Shown in pieces: positions 7,125 through 12,069 of a stretch of 12,069 nt of DNA. Under the pieces are notes generated by a model that saw nothing but the letters and a program-made list of their open reading frames with translations, ran no database searches and was not told where the DNA came from. The stretch comes from Candidatus Micrarchaeia archaeon (GTDB lineage Archaea; Micrarchaeota; Micrarchaeia; Micrarchaeales; CABMGC01), in NCBI GenBank assembly GCA_049976845.1, contig JBMFHL010000019.1, positions 1-12,069 on the forward strand, written 5' to 3'. The position numbers and the translations under genes are program-made. Every line of letters begins with the position of its first letter. The stretch's first letter is position 1.

Positions 7125-7715
7125 ATGATTATAGATGAAGGGGCAGAAGCAAAGATATACGAAGAAAGGGTTTTTGGAGAAAGGGTAATAGTCAAATTTA
7201 GGCTAAAGAAGAGATATAGAGAAAAGGAGCTTGATGAATCGATAAGATTGAGCAGGACCAGAATAGAAGCAAAGATGCTTTACAAAGCGCAGCTTGCAGG
7301 AATAGATTCGCCACGGCTTATTGCCCTAGGGAAATACAGTATATACATGAGCTATCTAAAAGGCAAACTGCTTAGAGACTGCAAAGCCACAGGCGCATTG
7401 CCAGAGAGGATTGGCAGCATGCTTGCAAGAATGCACAATGCAGATATCTCCCATGGAGATTTTACTACTGCAAATATAATGGTAATTGGCGGAAGGCCTT
7501 TTGTAATAGATTTCGGACTTGCACATATGACTAAGAGCATAGAAGACAAAGCGATAGACTTGCTGCTAATAAAGAGATCTGCAGGGAACAGTTTTTACAA
7601 GCGGCTTGAGCTTGCATACATGAGCAAGGCTAAGCAAGGCAAGGAAATAACAAGAAGGCTTGCAGACATAGAAAAGAGGGGAAGGTACCAAATACGTACT
7701 ATAGCCCCAGTATGA
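7125..7715 (+). CDS. bud32: KEOPS complex kinase/ATPase Bud32
   Basis: Motifs GAEA, IVKFR, RTRIEAK, HGDFTTAN, IDFGL and C-terminal IEKRGRY. ATG at 7125, 7 nt after the kae1 stop, is more plausible than TTG at 7095. Confidence 0.95.
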   Translation: MIIDEGAEAKIYEERVFGERVIVKFRLKKRYREKELDESIRLSRTRIEAKMLYKAQLAGIDSPRLIALGKYSIYMSYLKGKLLRDCKATGALPERIGSMLARMHNADISHGDFTTANIMVIGGRPFVIDFGLAHMTKSIEDKAIDLLLIKRSAGNSFYKRLELAYMSKAKQGKEITRRLADIEKRGRYQIRTIAPV

Positions 7716-7721
7716 ATCTAG

Positions 7722-7835
7722 CTACAACTTGCCTACTCTTCTCTTCTGCGCTCTTTTTATCCTCTTTCTTTTTTTCTTAACCCACTTCCAGCGCATTCTG
7801 CCTTTTTTCTTCCATTTTCTAGGTATACTTCCCAA
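7722..7835 (-). CDS. rpl41e: Ribosomal protein L41e (eL41), 37 aa
   Basis: Manual translation is [37 protein letters not shown], matching the archaeal L41e signature [17 protein letters not shown] start with SD GGTG at 7841-7844. Below the ORF-track length cutoff. Confidence 0.92.
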   Translation of the reverse strand: MGSIPRKWKKKGRMRWKWVKKKRKRIKRAQKRRVGKL

Positions 7836-7867
7836 ATAAACACCGATGATTTCAACTTTAGATTTGG

Positions 7868-7888
7868 AATATAAGATTTTTATATATT
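7868..7888. promoter_or_regulatory. AT-rich TATA element(s) between the divergent eL41 and surface-protein genes
   Basis: AATATAAGATTTTTATATATT in an 80-bp divergent intergenic region, about 30-50 nt from both start codons. Confidence 0.55.
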
Positions 7889-7915
7889 GGCAGTCAAAGT
7901 AGTTTAGGTGCTTAT

Positions 7916-8680
7916 ATGCATAAAGGCATAGCTGCGTATATTGTTATAGGTATTATATTAGTTGTCGTGTTACTTTTTTGGCATTTTGACTTTAGTGTCG
8001 GGCATGCACTTACAACCACTACAAGCTTGAGAACTACCACCACTTTGAATACTACCACAATACCTGTAACCACAGTATTAAACACCACTACGACAAGCAT
8101 ACCTCCTATAGGCAGCTGCATTTCGCCAAACAAAACGGTAAGCTTATTGAACGGCAACTTTTCAACTGGGACCTATGAATATTGGAATACTTCTGGATAT
8201 GGATTTGGCAATTTGCCATTAAACATAACCTGGGCAGATAACAACAACTGCTATTACAACACCACTTGGCTAAATTACAATGGCAATTTCTTTGCTACTA
8301 CTTACCACTGCGGCATAATGGTCCAGACAGGAAACTTGACTTCAATGCCTTTCAAAGTTGTGCTGCCTTATCTGAACTTCAAGATTATATCGCCTTACAA
8401 TAATGAACTTTATATAGAGGTAATGAAGAACGGCAAGCCTGTAATAATAAGTCATTATAACACGTATAATGCGGCGGGGAACATACACGCTACGAGCAAT
8501 TTTGAGAATGCAAGCATTCCGTTGGCAATGTTTATGTGCCAGAACGTTAGCGTAAGGATAGTTGCAGGTGTCGCTGGCAATTTGGTCAATAGGCTGCAGT
8601 ACATAGCAGTAGGGGACTTTTACCAGAGTGTAACTCCTATTTCAACGCCAGGCATAATTGTTAACCAGACGATAATTTGA
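7916..8680 (+). CDS. Membrane-anchored extracellular (glyco)protein with a Thr-rich linker and a beta-rich domain
   Basis: N-terminal hydrophobic segment [18 protein letters not shown], poly-Thr stalk, 11 N-X-S/T sequons and 4 Cys. SD AGGTG at 7906-7910. Confidence 0.85.
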   Translation: MHKGIAAYIVIGIILVVVLLFWHFDFSVGHALTTTTSLRTTTTLNTTTIPVTTVLNTTTTSIPPIGSCISPNKTVSLLNGNFSTGTYEYWNTSGYGFGNLPLNITWADNNNCYYNTTWLNYNGNFFATTYHCGIMVQTGNLTSMPFKVVLPYLNFKIISPYNNELYIEVMKNGKPVIISHYNTYNAAGNIHATSNFENASIPLAMFMCQNVSVRIVAGVAGNLVNRLQYIAVGDFYQSVTPISTPGIIVNQTII

Positions 8681-8698
8681 GCGTTGTTGGTGAAGTAT

Positions 8699-10150
8699 TT
8701 GATAAAGCTTTATAATACGCTTGGGCGTAAGCTAGATGAATTTAGGAGCATTGCTGACAAAGAGGTTGGCTTATACACATGTGGGCCTACAGTCTACTGG
8801 TATGCGCATATAGGCAACATGCGCACATATGTCCAGGAAGATATTCTCAAGCGCGTGCTTATTCACAATGGATATAACGTAAAGCACGTTATGAACATAA
8901 CCGATGTGGGTCACCTTGTAGGAGATTCGAGCATAGGAGAAGATAAAATAAAGCTTGAGGCTAGGAAAGAGCAAAAAAGCGCGTATGATGTCGCTAATTT
9001 TTACACTGGCGCATTCGTTGAGGATTTAAAGAGGCTTAACATTTTATTGCCTGACATAATGCCAAAAGCAACTGCACATGTCAACGAGATGCTTTCTCTA
9101 ATAAAGAGACTTGATGAGAAGGGGTATCTTTACAAGGTTAATACAGGCATGTATTTTGACACCTCGAAGTTCAAGAATTATGGAGAGCTTACAGGAATGA
9201 GCTTCGAGCAACTGAATAAAAATCTCAAAGCAGGGGCCAGAGTAGAGAGGGCTGCTGGCATAAAGAACATTACAGACTTTGCAGTATGGAGGTTTGGAAA
9301 ATCTGACGAAAAGGAAATGATCTGGGATTCGGAATGGGGTAGAGGGTTTCCAGGATGGCATATAGAATGCAGCGCAATGAGCATGAAGTATCTTGGGGAA
9401 CATTTCGACATACATTGTGGAGGCATAGACCATATACCAATACACCATACAAATGAGATTGCACAGTCTGAAGCAGCAACAGGTAAGAAATTTGTCAATT
9501 ACTGGCTGCACGTCGCCTTCCTCACAGTTGACGGAAAGAAAATGGCGAAATCGCTTGGAAATGTTTACACTGTACAAGATTTGATTGACAAAGGGTATTC
9601 CCCAATAGGGCTTAGGTATTTCCTAATGTCAAGCCACTACAGAAATGATCAAAACTTTACTTTTGAGGCGCTTAAAAACGCAGAAAACACAGTTTATAGC
9701 ATATACTCCTTTTTGGCAAGCCTTGGAGATGCGGGTGATGGGAGTAATAAATTAGAAATGCCTGTAGTCGGAGAATTGGAAAATTATCATAGGAGATTTT
9801 TTGAAGAGCTGGATAATGACCTAAATATGCCTAATGCACTTGCGGTAATGCACTCGCTAATAAGTTTTGAGAACAAAAGGATTGAAAATAAGCTCGTTAG
9901 CAATGAGGAGGCAAAAAAAGTAACTGAGATAATGCTTGATTTTGATTCTGTACTTGGAATGGATTTCAAATCAAACCTTAAAGGCATAGAGCTCCCGAAA
10001 GAAGTAAAGGAGCTTATAGATGAGAGGGAAAAGGCTAGAAAGGAGAGAAATTTTAAGAGAGCTGATGAAATAAGAAAGATTATAGAAGAGAGGTATGGTA
10101 TAACTCTGGAGGACTCAGAAAGAGGGGTTATTGCGAAGAAGAAGGGCTAG
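8699..10150 (+). CDS. cysS: Cysteine--tRNA ligase
   Basis: YTCGPTVY, HIGN, NITDVGH, PGWHIECSAMS, HHTNEIAQ, KMAKSLGN and the anticodon-binding segment ARKERNFKRADEIR. The likely start is TTG at 8699 (MIKLYNTL) with SD GGTGA at 8689-8693. Confidence 0.98.
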   Translation: MIKLYNTLGRKLDEFRSIADKEVGLYTCGPTVYWYAHIGNMRTYVQEDILKRVLIHNGYNVKHVMNITDVGHLVGDSSIGEDKIKLEARKEQKSAYDVANFYTGAFVEDLKRLNILLPDIMPKATAHVNEMLSLIKRLDEKGYLYKVNTGMYFDTSKFKNYGELTGMSFEQLNKNLKAGARVERAAGIKNITDFAVWRFGKSDEKEMIWDSEWGRGFPGWHIECSAMSMKYLGEHFDIHCGGIDHIPIHHTNEIAQSEAATGKKFVNYWLHVAFLTVDGKKMAKSLGNVYTVQDLIDKGYSPIGLRYFLMSSHYRNDQNFTFEALKNAENTVYSIYSFLASLGDAGDGSNKLEMPVVGELENYHRRFFEELDNDLNMPNALAVMHSLISFENKRIENKLVSNEEAKKVTEIMLDFDSVLGMDFKSNLKGIELPKEVKELIDEREKARKERNFKRADEIRKIIEERYGITLEDSERGVIAKKKG

Positions 10151-10643
10151 CTTCGGATTCAGAAGGAGTTTTTGGCTCACTGCTTTCCACTTCTTTTATG
10201 GCATCGTTGCTTGAGTCAATTGTGTCTTTGCTATCTAAAACTTGCCTGCCTCCGCGCTTCTGCTGTTTGCTTGTCCTTGCATTGGCAAAAAGTATGTCTA
10301 CATCCTCGTTTGCACTCGACTCGGTCCAGGATTTTATATAAGAGGCAATGTTGCGGAGGGGCTTAGAATACCTGTCGGTAAGCGAATATGCGTTATTCTC
10401 ATGCTTCAACAATCCTATCGAAACCCCAAAATCTAGGTATCTTTTCCATGTTGCAAGAGGAAGCTCGCTGCCACAATCTTTCAGCCTGAGCTCGCCCTTC
10501 TGCTTTACTGCGACGAGTGCCTTGGCGAATCTATAGGCTTTTGTCTCGTTATCAAAGTATATTTTTGCAACATCTTTGACATTTGGGTTCTTCATTTTTT
10601 CCTTAAGCGGCGCATCTTCAAATTCCCAGTATTTGATTGCCAT
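10128..10643 (-). CDS. Hypothetical protein, possible winged-helix domain with a disordered Ser/acidic tail
   Basis: 171 aa. ATG has an SD-like AGTGAT and an upstream TATA-like element. The segment LRLKD...LATWKRYLDFGVSIGLLKHENNAYSL fits a helix-turn-helix-wing pattern. The 3' end overlaps cysS by 23 bp. Confidence 0.75.
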   Translation of the reverse strand: MAIKYWEFEDAPLKEKMKNPNVKDVAKIYFDNETKAYRFAKALVAVKQKGELRLKDCGSELPLATWKRYLDFGVSIGLLKHENNAYSLTDRYSKPLRNIASYIKSWTESSANEDVDILFANARTSKQQKRGGRQVLDSKDTIDSSNDAIKEVESSEPKTPSESEASPSSSQ

Positions 10644-10733
10644 CTAATCACTAATTTGGTGCAGCATTAATCGTGTAATATTATTAGCAGATATTAAATT
10701 ATAAGATTGTATGTTGCAGGGCACTGTGGCACA

Positions 10734-11843
10734 TTAGATTGAAGACTTGTATATGAGCACTATAATGTCTCCGTCTCTGACAATATGACTTCCTCCTACT
10801 TTTTGATTTGCAAATTTTACGCTTGGACCAGTAACAAAAGCATGCTTGAACCCCCTTGCAGCGCTAGAGTGCACTTTCTCTGCAATATCGGATATGGAAC
10901 TACCTTCCCTTACTATCATAGGCTCAGGTGTTATTGAATTTGCCCTTGGCTTAAGGTAAATTCTTATCAGTTTTAGGCTTCTGAATATTTCTTCCTTCAA
11001 AAGCTCTAGATTCTCTTCGTTGAGGGCACTTATTGGTATTACTTTGAGCCCCGTAGCAGATTCAAGCTTCTCTTTTGCCTTCTTGTAATTTGGATTCAAA
11101 TCTATTTTATTAAGTGCGACTATGCCATTTATATAAATTATATTCTCGGAAACCGCATCTATCAGCTCGTCGACACTTGTATCTCCGAAGAATTTGACTG
11201 TTGCATTGTAAACCTTAAACTCCTCCAAAATTTTTTCCACCTCGTATCTCTCTGGTATGCTGTGACCGTTTGAGATTATGCTTATGCCCCCTTTGCTCTC
11301 GTCTTCTATCCTTATCTTAGGTCCCTCCGGGCTTATTTTTATCCCAAGCATCGAGAGTTCATTTAATATTGATTCTAGCTGCTCGCAATGTTCTGCATCT
11401 ATTACCAAAAGAACTAGATCTGCAACTTTTATTGCGCTTGCAATCTTTGCTCCTTCGCCTTTGCCTGTATGTGCACCCTCTATTAATCCTGGGATGTCAA
11501 ACAGCTGTATTTCTGCGTCTTTGAACTTCATCATGCCCGGTATTAGATCTACTGTGGTGAATGCATAATTCGCAACCTTCGACTCTGCATCTGTCATTGC
11601 TTGCAATATCGAAGATTTTCCTGAATTTGGAAATCCGACTAATGCGACTGTTGCATCGCCTGATTTTTTAACAGAGAAGCCTGTGCCATGGCTATGACTA
11701 CTTGTATTTATTGCCTTATTTACTCTAGAAATCTTCGCTCTCAATATACTAAGATGCTTGTTTGTTGCTTTGTTATATTTTGTATGAGAGTACTCTGCCT
11801 TTAGCTCTTCAAGCTTTTTCTGCAGGTTGCGTTTATCAGGCAT
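10734..11843 (-). CDS. drg: DRG/Rbg1-family OBG-type GTPase with C-terminal TGS domain
   Basis: N-terminal TKYNKATNKHL, G1 GFPNSGKS, G2 YAFTT, G3 DIPG, G4 NKID, G5 ISA and TGS segment GPSVKFANQKVG...DGDII. Start is uncertain among 11843, 11849 and 11852; GTGAT can serve as SD for 11843. Confidence 0.95.
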   Translation of the reverse strand: MPDKRNLQKKLEELKAEYSHTKYNKATNKHLSILRAKISRVNKAINTSSHSHGTGFSVKKSGDATVALVGFPNSGKSSILQAMTDAESKVANYAFTTVDLIPGMMKFKDAEIQLFDIPGLIEGAHTGKGEGAKIASAIKVADLVLLVIDAEHCEQLESILNELSMLGIKISPEGPKIRIEDESKGGISIISNGHSIPERYEVEKILEEFKVYNATVKFFGDTSVDELIDAVSENIIYINGIVALNKIDLNPNYKKAKEKLESATGLKVIPISALNEENLELLKEEIFRSLKLIRIYLKPRANSITPEPMIVREGSSISDIAEKVHSSAARGFKHAFVTGPSVKFANQKVGGSHIVRDGDIIVLIYKSSI

Positions 11844-11996
11844 TAACATCACTTGGTATCTGACGTTTATATGTGTTTATTTTGCACATATTTTGTATAT
11901 TTAAGTAGATAAATGTTTACTACTTATATTGATTTTTAGTATATAACTTAAATACCTGAGTTAGATATATTTAAAATGTTTTTGGAAGTGAATAAA

Positions 11997-12035
11997 ATGG
12001 CAAAGAAAGCAAAGGGAAAGAAGAGGAAGAAATAA
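11997..12035 (+). CDS. Putative basic micropeptide MAKKAKGKKRKK (19 aa if started at in-frame ATG 11976)
   Basis: SD-like GGAAGTGA at 11984-11991, TATA-like elements at about 11940-11954 and 11965-11976, and T-tracts right after the stop. Confidence 0.45.
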   Translation: MAKKAKGKKRKK

Positions 12036-12037
12036 GG

Positions 12038-12069
12038 TTTTTTTGATTTTTTCTTTTTTCCTTTTTTTC
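12038..12069 (+). terminator. Archaeal oligo-T terminator-like tract
   Basis: Four consecutive T6-T7 runs beginning 3 nt after the micro-ORF stop. Confidence 0.5.

Noticed and set aside
7095..7127. Programmed frameshift fusing Kae1 and Bud32
   Set aside because: No slippery site is evident, Kae1 has a complete C-terminus, and Bud32 has its own ATG at 7125.
5482..7549. ORFs antisense to the orphan gene, kae1 and bud32 (5482-5709, 5713-5937, 6125-6487, 7352-7549)
   Set aside because: They overlap better-supported genes on the opposite strand and show Ser/Phe/Ile-rich shadow composition.
7736..7820. Pyrimidine/T-rich tract after bud32 as a pure terminator or low-complexity repeat
   Set aside because: It is the antisense of the Lys/Arg codons of eL41. 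It may double as a terminator but needs no separate explanation.
8011..8100. ACC/ACT-rich quasi-repeats
   Set aside because: Explained by the Thr-rich protein linker. There is no repeat-spacer periodicity, so this is not a CRISPR array or DNA tandem repeat.
7912..8157. Val-rich 81-aa minus-strand ORF resembling a membrane protein
   Set aside because: It is the reverse complement of the poly-Thr (ACN) linker codons.
10660..10718. Long imperfect hairpin (TGCAGCAT...ATGTTGCA) between the 171-aa gene and drg
   Set aside because: It relies on G-U pairs and AT-rich stems on the non-transcribed strand and overlaps the probable promoter, so support is weak.
8771..11568. Remaining short ORFs antisense to cysS, the 171-aa gene and drg
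   Set aside because: Shadow ORFs without independent support.

Overview
Archaeal core-genome window with no mobile elements, CRISPR arrays, tRNA or rRNA genes detected. The GGTG-type Shine-Dalgarno (SD) sites, TATA promoters and divergent proteins tentatively suggest a DPANN lineage such as Micrarchaeota (inference only). The minus strand carries the RNA polymerase operon rpoH-rpoB''-rpoB'-rpoA', with rpoA' truncated by the window edge and absent from the ORF track. Next come an orphan 256-aa gene, divergent kae1-bud32 (KEOPS), an unannotated 37-aa ribosomal protein eL41, a Thr-rich membrane-anchored surface protein, cysS, a wHTH-like hypothetical, a DRG GTPase and a possible 12-19 aa basic micropeptide with its own SD and T-tract. 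The most notable signal is that two near-invariant RNA polymerase active-site motifs are altered: NADFDGD reads GADFDGD in RpoA', and the metal-B ED pair reads AD in RpoB'. Several neighbouring active-site loops also diverge.
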